A DNA stretch of 20,000 nucleotides, taken from the IMG/VR virus record IMGVR_UViG_3300028805_000071, one strand, 5' to 3'. This document shows, piece after piece, positions 10,327 to 18,174 of this stretch (position 1 is the first letter of the stretch; every line of letters begins with the position of its first letter). The notes under the pieces were generated by a model that was given only the letters and a program-made list of their open reading frames with translations, had not been told where the DNA came from and made no database searches. The position numbers and the translations under genes are program-made. The DNA is from an uncultured virus (IMG/VR IMGVR_UViG_3300028805_000071) (Duplodnaviria; Heunggongvirae; Uroviricota; Caudoviricetes).

Positions 10327-10554
10327 ATGGAAGTAACATGTTGTGACATTTGCCGCAAACCTTTAACTCGTAAAGGATATAAAGACCAAGACGGCAAGGA
10401 TTGGAGAGATATAAGTTTTAGAGAACGCAAATATAGTACAAGGATATTCTCATTTGTAAAAAGCGCATTTGATACCGAATATATATCCGTGTGCGGATAT
10501 TGTCGTTCAGAATTAGCAAAACATAATCCTAGGGAAGGACTAAAGGGAGAATAA
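10327..10554 (+). CDS. Zinc-finger protein, paralog family C
   Basis: CCDICRK...SVCGYCRSEL; GGAGG RBS. Confidence 0.75.
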   Translation: MEVTCCDICRKPLTRKGYKDQDGKDWRDISFRERKYSTRIFSFVKSAFDTEYISVCGYCRSELAKHNPREGLKGE

Positions 10555-10850
10555 TGATAGGATTAATATCCAGAGATGAAGCAATTAAACAAATAGACGA
10601 AGCGTTTGACGTTGGTGGATGTTATTGTGATAAATATGCAATCCGAGGCATATTAAGAAGCCTTCCCACTATAGAAGAACGCAAAGAGGGGAGATGGGTA
10701 AGAATCACTCAAGACGTGGGTGTAGGACCTCATCTATATAAGTGTAGTGAATGTCATAGAGTTATTGAATATAGTAGTTCCGAACTCCCCTGCTTGTTGG
10801 AGATGAAGTTTCCTTACTGTCATTGCGGAGCAAAGATGAGAGGAGAATAA
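10554..10850 (+). CDS. Zinc-ribbon protein, paralog family A
   Basis: MIGLISRDEAI...LPTIEERKEGRW...CSEC...YCHCGAKM. Confidence 0.8.
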   Translation: MIGLISRDEAIKQIDEAFDVGGCYCDKYAIRGILRSLPTIEERKEGRWVRITQDVGVGPHLYKCSECHRVIEYSSSELPCLLEMKFPYCHCGAKMRGE

Positions 10851-10851
10851 T

Positions 10852-10926
10852 ATGGGAGACAAGTTTTATAAATATTTCTTTTATATTATAGGGGTAATGG
10901 CAATCTTGAAATTTATATTAGGATAG
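10852..10926 (+). CDS. 24-aa single-helix membrane peptide
   Basis: AGGAG RBS; MGDKFYKYFFYIIGVMAILKFILG fills the gap between two genes. Confidence 0.55.
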   Translation: MGDKFYKYFFYIIGVMAILKFILG

Positions 10927-10939
10927 ATAGGAGAATAAT

Positions 10940-11212
10940 ATGGAATTAATATCAAGACAAGACGTAAAGGACACGATTAAACGCAAACCCTTTTCTTTGA
11001 TTGATGAACGAATACTAATGAATACCATTGATTCTATCCCCACTGTAGAAGAACGGAAAGAAAGTGAATGGATAATCCTTAAAGAACCTACCGGGGGACT
11101 ACCGAAAAGATGGCGAGTTAAATGTCCGATTTGTCGTAAAACATTAAGAATAAGAGATAAAGAATTATGGGAGTTTTGTCCTTGTTGTGGAACAAGGATG
11201 GGGAAAAAATAA
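10940..11212 (+). CDS. Zinc-ribbon protein, paralog family A
   Basis: MELISRQDV...IPTVEERKESEW...CPIC...FCPCCGTRM. Confidence 0.8.
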   Translation: MELISRQDVKDTIKRKPFSLIDERILMNTIDSIPTVEERKESEWIILKEPTGGLPKRWRVKCPICRKTLRIRDKELWEFCPCCGTRMGKK

Positions 11213-11213
11213 A

Positions 11214-11462
11214 ATGAAAACAATAGAACAAGTACGTGAAGAAACAAAATTAGGCGATGTATTTATAGGCGAAGTATTTACTTTAGAAGAATTTATGGAA
11301 GAGGTAGACCGTGGCAGCATCACCGAATACGACGGCATTGGCTATTTCCATGATGGGGAAAAAGAAACTGCTATTAGCGTGTTTTCTCCTATATGGTTTA
11401 AATACAACAGCGTCGATGAAGTTATAGAACAATTTCCATATGTAATTTGGTATAATAAATAG
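11214..11462 (+). CDS. Hypothetical protein (82 aa)
   Basis: ATG 1 nt after the previous stop; tiles in the operon. Confidence 0.7.
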   Translation: MKTIEQVREETKLGDVFIGEVFTLEEFMEEVDRGSITEYDGIGYFHDGEKETAISVFSPIWFKYNSVDEVIEQFPYVIWYNK

Positions 11463-11471
11463 GAGAATGAT

Positions 11472-11666
11472 ATGATAGAAATTTCAGAATGGGAATTAGC
11501 AAGACTTCGAGAGCATGACAAAAGTTATTATGAATTAAAACAAGAAAAGGAAGATTTATGTTCTGCATTAGCTCCTATATTTAAACAACTGATTGAAAAC
11601 TTAGATGATGAAACTTTATATAAGTTAAAAACAGATATGGGCCAGGCGTGTCTATATTATGACTGA
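11472..11666 (+). CDS. Hypothetical protein (64 aa; TGA stop in frame with the next gene)
   Basis: AGGAG RBS; ends in TGA at 11664-11666. Confidence 0.7.
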   Translation: MIEISEWELARLREHDKSYYELKQEKEDLCSALAPIFKQLIENLDDETLYKLKTDMGQACLYYD

Positions 11667-11690
11667 ACAAAAGTAGATAAGGAAAATAAT

Positions 11691-11882
11691 ATGGTAAAAG
11701 CAAATGACGTAGAAATTTATATAAAATGGTATGGTTCTAATGGGTTTGGCGAATACAATATTTGGACAGACACAGAGGGCCGCATTAAAGGCGATTCTGA
11801 GTATATGGACAAAGGCGACAAAAAAGATTTTTTGAAAAGTTTATTTGACTCTATTTTAGAGCAGATTGAGATAGTTGGATAA
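11691..11882 (+). CDS. Hypothetical protein (63 aa)
   Basis: AAGGA RBS; tiles in the operon. Confidence 0.65.
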   Translation: MVKANDVEIYIKWYGSNGFGEYNIWTDTEGRIKGDSEYMDKGDKKDFLKSLFDSILEQIEIVG

Positions 11883-12103
11883 TGGGAATAATAGACGATA
11901 TAAATAAATTGCACCAGGTTGGATTACAGAATGGAGTGGAATATAAGACGTTAAGAATTAATAGGGAATTATTGGATAAACTTGAAGCGGAGATAAATGG
12001 GTTCGTGCAGCCGGCGACGCTAGATAATTCGATAGCGACGTTGTTCGGTATGAAAATAGAGCCAGTAGAGGACTCAGACTATTGTTATATATTGGAGGAT
12101 TAG
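11882..12103 (+). CDS. Hypothetical protein (73 aa)
   Basis: TAATG overlap with the previous gene. Confidence 0.7.
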   Translation: MGIIDDINKLHQVGLQNGVEYKTLRINRELLDKLEAEINGFVQPATLDNSIATLFGMKIEPVEDSDYCYILED

Positions 12104-12104
12104 T

Positions 12105-12248
12105 ATGGGGATAGCGTTTTTGATGGCGGTAGGGTTTGCGGCTTTCTTCGTGCTGGGGTATACTCTGGGCCATATGGCAGGGTTTAACCACGGCCATGAG
12201 GCAGGTATCGAGGAAGAACGCGACAGGTATTGCCGGATGGGGCCTTGA
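12105..12248 (+). CDS. 47-aa membrane protein
   Basis: GGAGG RBS; MGIAFLMAVGFAAFFVLGYTLGHMAGFNHGHEAGIEEERDRYCRMGP; TGA stop lies inside the next -35 box. Confidence 0.65.
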   Translation: MGIAFLMAVGFAAFFVLGYTLGHMAGFNHGHEAGIEEERDRYCRMGP

Positions 12249-12273
12249 CAAAATTAAAAATAAATGTTATAAT
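12245..12273 (+). promoter_or_regulatory. Consensus sigma-A promoter
   Basis: TTGACA-17-TATAAT with extended TG. Confidence 0.85.
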
Positions 12274-12302
12274 TTATATATAAAGTGAAAGGAAAAAAAT
12301 AA

Positions 12303-12506
12303 ATGGATAACGGAGCAACAGTAGGAAAAATGTTCTATAGAGGCCAAGAGTACGAGGCTCATCTGGACGCAGAAGGAAACTTATTGGTGCCGTCATTCTT
12401 TAAAGATGGCTCTGAGTTAATTGTGTATTATGTGAAGGTGCCGGTGGAGCTCCTGGAGACCATATATACAATGACCAAGCAGAGATATGAACTTGAAAAT
12501 TTATAA
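12303..12506 (+). CDS. Hypothetical protein (67 aa)
   Basis: Own promoter and AAAGGA RBS. Confidence 0.7.
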   Translation: MDNGATVGKMFYRGQEYEAHLDAEGNLLVPSFFKDGSELIVYYVKVPVELLETIYTMTKQRYELENL

Positions 12507-12521
12507 AAAATTTGATATAAT
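12493..12521 (+). promoter_or_regulatory. Sigma-A promoter reading into non-coding DNA
   Basis: TTGAAA-17-TATAAT with extended TG. Confidence 0.6.
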
Positions 12522-12609
12522 ATTAATATAAAGAAGAGAAAATTTAAATATAAAAAAACCAAACTCTTTACCTTTCTTACACTCTCTTCTTCCCAGTTGC
12601 TGGGAGTTG

Positions 12610-12640
12610 GGCGGGGCCGCAGGCTCCGCCTTTTTGTTTT
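12610..12640 (+). terminator. Intrinsic terminator
   Basis: GGCGGGGCC-GCA-GGCTCCGCC hairpin followed by TTTTTGTTTT. Confidence 0.75.
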
Positions 12641-12677
12641 GGTAAAACTTGGGGTCGACGGGAGGGGGAGACAATAA

Positions 12678-12691
12678 CGAACACGCGTTCT
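12678..12691. promoter_or_regulatory. Firmicute-type LexA (SOS) box
   Basis: CGAAC-ACGC-GTTCT versus consensus CGAAC-N4-GTTCG. Confidence 0.55.
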
Positions 12692-12789
12692 TTTTTTGTT
12701 TTTTTCCCAAAAAACACCCCCCAGTATATACGTAGATATACCGGTGGCTCGCGCGAGCCAGCGAGGTAGGACCCGGGGGGTCGGGCCCT

Positions 12790-13990
12790 AAACAAACAAA
12801 CAAGCTAATGACACACAGGACATTAAACAAAATAAATTTTGTTAAAAGATAAGATTAAATACCAAAAGCAAACATAAATCAATTGTTTAAATAAATAAAT
12901 AACAATCAATACAATACTATAATGCATAGTCATCCACTACTGCTGCTCTACCCATGGCATGGCACAGTATACCAATAGTAGATGACACACAACACACTAC
13001 TGAGAGCTTGGCGCTGGGGCGGTCACCGTTGACGAGCGTGAAAAGTGCTGATTCGCGCAAGGAGAAGCTTTGCAGAAAAAATCGCACAACAACACAACAA
13101 ATGTAATACAATCATTTATCCTAAAACTCTAATACACCACGACAGTAGGGGCAATGCATGCACACACAGACAGAGGGGCAGCCAGGCTGGCCAGCCACAG
13201 CCAACGAGCAAACAACGAACATACAAAGAACAATAGATTAACACACAAGCAACACACAACACACAACACACACATAATGATATAATAATATATATAATAT
13301 ATATACATACACATAGGTATAGGGATGCCATGGGGTAGGGGTAGGGGGCGTGGTGTGGTAGGCACACAGTATAGTAACACAATAAGATAGATAATAAACA
13401 TATAATATAATACACAAACAGTAAACAGTATTCTATCTATTGGTTTCAGTATGGGTATGAGATATGTGGTAATGTAGTAATAATACCTAGACACGTAAGC
13501 TGTAGTGTATAGCTACACAGTACACAAGCAGGACACAACGTGTAACACAAAGGGTGAGACACACATAGATACATACACATACACACACAACAACAGACAC
13601 ACAGACAATCAACAACACAAGCAACACATACACAACAACAGATAGATAGATACACAACATACAATAATACATACACACAAAGAGATAGATAAGAACAAGA
13701 CAATAGACAACACAAGCAATCAACCAACAGACAAAGAGAAGATAGAATAAAAGATAAAAGAAAATAAATAGAAATAAGATTTGTTATTGTGTTTTAGTTT
13801 CAGGTACAGTGTATGGTATAGGTAGTATACCAAGGGGTAGTCTGCAGGTCTACTGGACAGGGTAGGTGCAGTGGGGCATAGACCTAATGGCCAACAGAGA
13901 GACAGAGAGAGAAAGAAGATAAAGAGATAATAAAGTATTAACAACAACACAAAGAATAATAATTGATATTTATATATGATATATTGCATG
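12790..13990. repeat. Strand-skewed low-complexity non-coding tract (CA/ACA/AGAT runs)
   Basis: e.g. ACACACAACACACAACACACACAT and ACACATAGATACATACACATACACACACAACAACAGACAC. Only C/V/Y-rich spurious ORFs; no RBS-led genes seen. Confidence 0.8.
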
Positions 13991-14265
13991 GCTGTGGGGC
14001 TGGGCCTGCCCCCGCGCCGCCCCCGGCCATGGCGGCGCGAGTTTTCGCTGTATACAGCCCGTGCATAAAATTTAACGCTTCACCGCGGTAAAGTGGTAAC
14101 GCGGTGAACTCCTGAAATTCAGCACTTTAACGCGGTGAAGTGCGAAAGACTTTAGCGCGGTGAAGCGTTAACGCAGTAAAGCAAATTTTTGTTTTTTGCG
14201 ATAAAAAGCAAAAATTTTACTTTTTCCGCCATGCTTTAGTGAGTTAAAGCGTTGAAGTCCGTCGC

Positions 14266-14283
14266 TTGTTAAAAATTTAACAA
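14266..14283. promoter_or_regulatory. Rex operator (clostridial type)
   Basis: Perfect TTGTTAA-AAAT-TTAACAA. Confidence 0.65.
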
Positions 14284-14400
14284 TGTTATAAGTATGCAAA
14301 AAAATGTATAAAAAAACTTTTAAAAAAAGTATTGACAAATTGCTAAAGGTATGATAATATATAATTACAAAAGGGAGAGAAAACAAAGAGAGGTAACAAG

Positions 14401-14649
14401 ATGTATACAGTAACAAATGACGCAAAGGCAAAGACAATCAACGAAAACACAAAGTATGTTGCAATCGCACCGCTTCTTGAAACTGTTATAAATATGTCAA
14501 AGGACAAGGCTCCTTACACAGTGCTTACTGTTGGAGCAACACTCGAAGAGGTTGAGATGTTCGCTTCTTCCGATTGGATGATGGCTCACGCAATCGTTGA
14601 TGGTTGGTGGACAATCGTAACAATCGATGAAATAACAATCAATAACTAA
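14401..14649 (+). CDS. Early hypothetical protein (82 aa)
   Basis: Own promoter, GAGAGGT RBS, terminator directly after. Confidence 0.8.
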   Translation: MYTVTNDAKAKTINENTKYVAIAPLLETVINMSKDKAPYTVLTVGATLEEVEMFASSDWMMAHAIVDGWWTIVTIDEITINN

Positions 14650-14670
14650 AAAAGGCGAAAGCCTTTTTTT
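14648..14670. terminator. Bidirectional intrinsic terminator
   Basis: AAAAAAGGC-GAAA-GCCTTTTTTT. Confidence 0.8.
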
Positions 14671-14683
14671 ATTTGCGTCGTGG

Positions 14684-14697
14684 CGAACATACGTTCG
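14684..14697. promoter_or_regulatory. Perfect Firmicute LexA box
   Basis: CGAAC-ATAC-GTTCG. Confidence 0.75.
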
Positions 14698-14745
14698 GTT
14701 AGTCACCGCTAACCAATAGGCACATTCCCCTCTTCCATCATCCTC

Positions 14746-14774
14746 ATTATAACATAAAACCGCAAGGCTGTCAA
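14746..14774 (-). promoter_or_regulatory. Consensus antisense sigma-A promoter
   Basis: TTGACA-17-TATAAT with extended TG on the minus strand. Confidence 0.8.
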
Positions 14775-14867
14775 TAGAAAAAATAAAAAAAATTTTTTTA
14801 AAAAAGTATTGACAAACCCTCTTCAGTGTGCTATCATTATTATAGAAAGAAGAGAGGAGAACAAACA

Positions 14868-15299
14868 ATGAGAATTTGGTTAGACATGGACGGAACAATC
14901 GCAGACCTTTACGGAGTAGAAAACTGGCTCCCTATGTTAGAAGCAGAAGACCCTACACCTTACGCAATCGCAAGACCGCTTGTGAGAATGAACATTCTCG
15001 CAAGATTGTTAAATAAGGCACAGAGAAACGGCTATGAAATTTGCATCGTGTCCGCACTCTCAAAGAACGGCTCCGCAGAGTATGGGCAGAAAGTAATCAA
15101 CGCAAAGTTAACTTGGTTACAGACCCACCTCGCAAGCGTAAAGTTTGACGAAATCCAGTTCGTATCTTACACCTACACAAAGAACAATGTAAATAGTGGA
15201 AATGATATTCTTTTCGATGATGAAGAGAGACACCTCACCGCTTGGACGGGTGAAGCCTACAACGCAAGAAACATTTTAGAGGTTTTAAGAAACCTCTAA
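14868..15299 (+). CDS. HAD-superfamily phosphatase, 5'(3')-deoxyribonucleotidase-like (143 aa)
   Basis: IWLDMDGTIAD (motif I), IVS (II), K..WL (III), ILFDD (IV); GAGGAG RBS. Confidence 0.8.
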   Translation: MRIWLDMDGTIADLYGVENWLPMLEAEDPTPYAIARPLVRMNILARLLNKAQRNGYEICIVSALSKNGSAEYGQKVINAKLTWLQTHLASVKFDEIQFVSYTYTKNNVNSGNDILFDDEERHLTAWTGEAYNARNILEVLRNL

Positions 15300-15379
15300 T
15301 TTTTTTTATAAAAAAGGCTTGACAGAACACCAAAAGGATGATATAATAAAGGTACAGAAAACGAAAGGAGACCAAAGCA

Positions 15380-15553
15380 ATGAAGGAAGTTATAGGAATT
15401 GTAATCTTAAGTTTAATCGTTTTATTGGTAGTCGCCTCAATCGCATTTTTACTGTGGTTTGGCGTTTCATGGGCTTCGATAATGTTTCAAAATCTCGACA
15501 TGGACGAGCCCACGGTATTAAGTTCGTGGAATCTATTTTCATTCATTGGATAG
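15380..15553 (+). CDS. 57-aa membrane protein
   Basis: Promoter 15319, AAGGAG RBS, MKEVIGIVILSLIVLLVVASIAFLLWFGVSW...; terminator follows. Confidence 0.75.
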   Translation: MKEVIGIVILSLIVLLVVASIAFLLWFGVSWASIMFQNLDMDEPTVLSSWNLFSFIG

Positions 15554-15554
15554 G

Positions 15555-15580
15555 AAAGAGGGCAAAGCCCTCTTTTTTCT
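15555..15580 (+). terminator. Intrinsic terminator
   Basis: AAAGAGGGC-AAA-GCCCTCTTTTTT. Confidence 0.8.
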
Positions 15581-15813
15581 GTTGTCGGTCAACTATTCCG
15601 AAAATTAATTTTTAGGGAATAGTTGGGCTTTTGGGCTTTTGGCAAGGGTTTTTTCTGTCAAGGAACTATTCCCAAAATTAGTTTTTAAGGAATAGTTGAC
15701 CGACCCCAATTCACTTTAGCGAATTAAAGCGTGAAAGAAAAAATTTTTAAAAAAGGGCTTGACAAACAAGCCTTTTTCTGTTATACTATAATCAGAAAGA
15801 GAGGTAAAGACAA

Positions 15814-15984
15814 ATGACTACATTCGCACTTAACATTTTAATCATAACAGTAATACTTTTAATGGGTTTCGCCATTGGAATGATAATTATTGAACTAATC
15901 AAAACCGCAAAGTTTCGCAAAGAGGTAAAAGCCACAAACGAGGCTTTAAAAGATTACGCAGAACATTGTTTGAAAAAATTTTAA
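15814..15984 (+). CDS. 56-aa membrane protein
   Basis: Promoter 15759, GAGAGGT RBS, MTTFALNILIITVILLMGFAIGMIIIELIK... Confidence 0.75.
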   Translation: MTTFALNILIITVILLMGFAIGMIIIELIKTAKFRKEVKATNEALKDYAEHCLKKF

Positions 15985-16055
15985 AAAAAGGGGTTGACAA
16001 ACCCTTTTTTTCATGCTATAATAAACTCAAGAAAAGACAAAGAGAGGTAAACAAA

Positions 16056-16196
16056 ATGAAGTATTACACAGTACAGTGGTTCGACAAAGAACTTGGAGAA
16101 ATCTACAACACAATCACAAGCGAAAAGGGAGTTGCTTACATGCAGAAGCACCCCGAAGTGTATGACATTCTTCTGTTAGATATTTACACCGAATAA
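16056..16196 (+). CDS. 46-aa hypothetical protein
   Basis: Promoter 15994, GAGAGGT RBS, MKYYTVQWFDKELGE... Confidence 0.75.
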   Translation: MKYYTVQWFDKELGEIYNTITSEKGVAYMQKHPEVYDILLLDIYTE

Positions 16197-16261
16197 AAAA
16201 AAGGGGTTGACATTCAACCCCTTTTCTGTTATAATAAAGACAGAAAGAGAGGTAAAGACAA

Positions 16262-16459
16262 ATGACAATCCACAATATTGATAACACATTCTATGACTCA
16301 GAAATGAGCGTAAAAGAACTTATTGAATACTTAAAAGAAAACTATGACGAAAATAATAGGGTCACTTGGTTTATGCAAAAGACTCTTCCAAACAGAGATT
16401 TTCATAGAATTTACATTGATTCAGATGATTATTACATTGAAAAAGAAGAAGAGAGGTAA
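16262..16459 (+). CDS. 65-aa hypothetical protein
   Basis: Promoter 16207, GAGAGGT RBS; internal MSVKELIEYL resembles the start of the 16682 gene. Confidence 0.75.
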   Translation: MTIHNIDNTFYDSEMSVKELIEYLKENYDENNRVTWFMQKTLPNRDFHRIYIDSDDYYIEKEEER

Positions 16460-16464
16460 ATAAA

Positions 16465-16623
16465 ATGACAATTTACGGACTTAATAAGAAAGCAACAAAA
16501 GGCTTATACATCGTATACACAATAACTGAAGGAAGAAAGTATTTCTTGAGTGCTTGGAGAACAGAAGAAGACGCAAACAAAAGAGCAAAAAAATATTTTG
16601 GAAAAGTTTGGAAAAACTGTTGA
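16465..16623 (+). CDS. 52-aa basic hypothetical protein
   Basis: GAGAGGT RBS; MTIYGLNKKATKGLYIVYT...; TGA stop inside the next TTGACA. Confidence 0.7.
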   Translation: MTIYGLNKKATKGLYIVYTITEGRKYFLSAWRTEEDANKRAKKYFGKVWKNC

Positions 16624-16681
16624 CAAACCCCCAAAAGAGTGATATAATAAAGGTACAAAGAGAGAAAGAGAGGAAATAAAA

Positions 16682-16867
16682 ATGACAGTAAAGGAATTAA
16701 TCACAAGACTTGAAGCAGTAGAAAATAAAGATTTGGATGTAGTCATCAATAGCGATGATTACGGCAATGTAGTTGTTACCTATGTCTCGGAAATAGAAGT
16801 ATACTACGGAAGAGATGAGGACACGGGTTGGTACTGTGATACAAGAGAATGTGTTTTACTCGAATAA
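16682..16867 (+). CDS. 61-aa acidic hypothetical protein (MTVKELI type)
   Basis: Promoter 16620, GAGAGG RBS. Confidence 0.75.
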   Translation: MTVKELITRLEAVENKDLDVVINSDDYGNVVVTYVSEIEVYYGRDEDTGWYCDTRECVLLE

Positions 16868-16944
16868 AAAATTTTAAAAAGGGCTTGACAGAGCCCTTTT
16901 TCTATGATATAATAAAGATAAGAAAAGAGAAAGGAAAGAAAAAA

Positions 16945-17112
16945 ATGTTTATACTTGGAATTTTAGTAGGATGGTTTATAGTTTATTTAGGAGCAACAAT
17001 TTGTTGCAACGCTTTTGATAAGGAAGAGTGGATGTCCTATTGGGTTGTTGGCCCGTTTCTCCCTCTTCATTTAGGAATCGGCTATATATATAATAAGTTA
17101 AGAAAAAAATAA
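16945..17112 (+). CDS. 55-aa membrane protein
   Basis: Promoter 16885, AAAGGA RBS, MFILGILVGWFIVYLGA... Confidence 0.75.
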   Translation: MFILGILVGWFIVYLGATICCNAFDKEEWMSYWVVGPFLPLHLGIGYIYNKLRKK

Positions 17113-17182
17113 AAAAAGGGTTGACAAACCAACAGAAAGATGTTATAATAAACTCAAGAAAAGAGAAAGAGAGGAAAAAACA

Positions 17183-17320
17183 ATGGACGAAAAAGCAAAA
17201 AGACTTGCAGACATTATGTTTGAAGAAGATGAATACAGAGACGCTAATGATATGGAACTGATGTATCACACAAAAGAAGATTTTGAAGCAGAGAAAAGAG
17301 AAAGAGAGGTAAAGAAATGA
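17183..17320 (+). CDS. 45-aa charged hypothetical protein
   Basis: Promoter 17121, GAGAGG RBS; MDEKAKRLADIMFEEDEY...; ATGA overlap with the next gene. Confidence 0.7.
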   Translation: MDEKAKRLADIMFEEDEYRDANDMELMYHTKEDFEAEKREREVKK

Positions 17321-17511
17321 ATCCCAAGAACTTATTTGTAGGCAAGGCGACCGAAGCCATAAACGAAATCGATGAAATGAACAACGAGTGCGTTGAAGAG
17401 TATGGCGACAAGTATGCGGATTGTTTCCCCGCATTAGCCACCAAGAGGGTAGAAATTGACGGCAAGACCTACAGAATGAAAATCGAAATCACCCTCACCG
17501 AAATAAAGTAA
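17317..17511 (+). CDS. 64-aa hypothetical protein
   Basis: GAGAGGT RBS; terminator downstream. Confidence 0.75.
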   Translation: MNPKNLFVGKATEAINEIDEMNNECVEEYGDKYADCFPALATKRVEIDGKTYRMKIEITLTEIK

Positions 17512-17543
17512 AAATTACATTTTGACTGTATTTGTTTTCATTT

Positions 17544-17577
17544 GCCCCCTCAAGCGAGGGGGCTCCTTTCTATTTTT
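17544..17577 (+). terminator. Intrinsic terminator
   Basis: GCCCCCTC-AAGC-GAGGGGGC followed by a T-rich tail. Confidence 0.65.
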
Positions 17578-17817
17578 ATACATTTGGATGTATAAATATT
17601 TATGCATGCGTGTGCATATTCATTCGTGCTTTCACACGGTGAAGTGTGAAAGCAAATTTTTATTTTTTGCGATAAAACGCAAAATTTTGCCAATCCCATC
17701 AGCCGCGCGCCAGTGGCCCAGGCGAGCGGAGTTTGATTTTTTTGGGGCTTTGGCAAAATTTTACCCTAAAGCGACAGAAAGCGAAAATTTGCTTTAATTC
17801 ACTAAAGTGCTGAAGTG

Positions 17818-17843
17818 TTAGCACTCGCACCCAAGAGTGCTAA
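17818..17843. promoter_or_regulatory. CIRCE-like HrcA operator (8-bp spacer variant)
   Basis: TTAGCACTC-N8-GAGTGCTAA: perfect arms, spacer 1 bp shorter than the canonical N9. Confidence 0.6.
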
Positions 17844-17951
17844 TAACAAAAAATTTTTTTCGTAAATTTTTAAAAAGTGCTTGCATTTGGGTCTGTGATG
17901 TGGTAATATACTTATAGAGGGGAACGCAAATAATAGAGAGGAGAAAAGACA

Positions 17952-18074
17952 ATGACATACGAAGAAATCAAGGCTTACATCAACAACAAAATCGCCAATG
18001 GCGAACCGCTTCACGGATATGCGAGGGAACTCGCTATCGAGTTGGCTCTCAATGAAAAAGAGAGAGCCAACTAA
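17952..18074 (+). CDS. 40-aa hypothetical protein
   Basis: Promoter 17881, GAGGAG RBS; MTYEEIKAYINNKIANGEPLHGYARELAIELALNEKERAN. Confidence 0.7.
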   Translation: MTYEEIKAYINNKIANGEPLHGYARELAIELALNEKERAN

Positions 18075-18174
18075 AAAAGAGAAAAAAAATTCTCTTTTTT
18101 TTAAAAAAGTACTTGCAATCTGCTTTGTAATGTGGTAATATAATATCGGGGGGAACAAGAGAGGAGAAAATAAA

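Noticed and set aside
7006..11212. Diversity-generating retroelement behind the paralog variation
   Set aside because: No reverse transcriptase and no near-identical template/variable repeat pair with adenine-specific differences.
12917..13989. Cys/Val/Tyr-rich minus-strand ORFs
   Set aside because: Artefacts of TG-rich low-complexity sequence; overlapping in several frames with no RBS.
14070..14260. CRISPR array
   Set aside because: Repeats are short, degenerate and irregularly spaced without unique spacers; no cas genes.
14697..14714. DtxR/IdeR operator
   Set aside because: GGTTAG/CTAACC arms match but the spacer is 6 bp rather than 1; left unassigned.
15319..15615. 98-aa ORF, and extended N-termini of ORFs at 14826, 15966, 16849 and 19699
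   Set aside because: These starts fall within or upstream of promoters; RBS-led ATGs lie downstream or in another frame.
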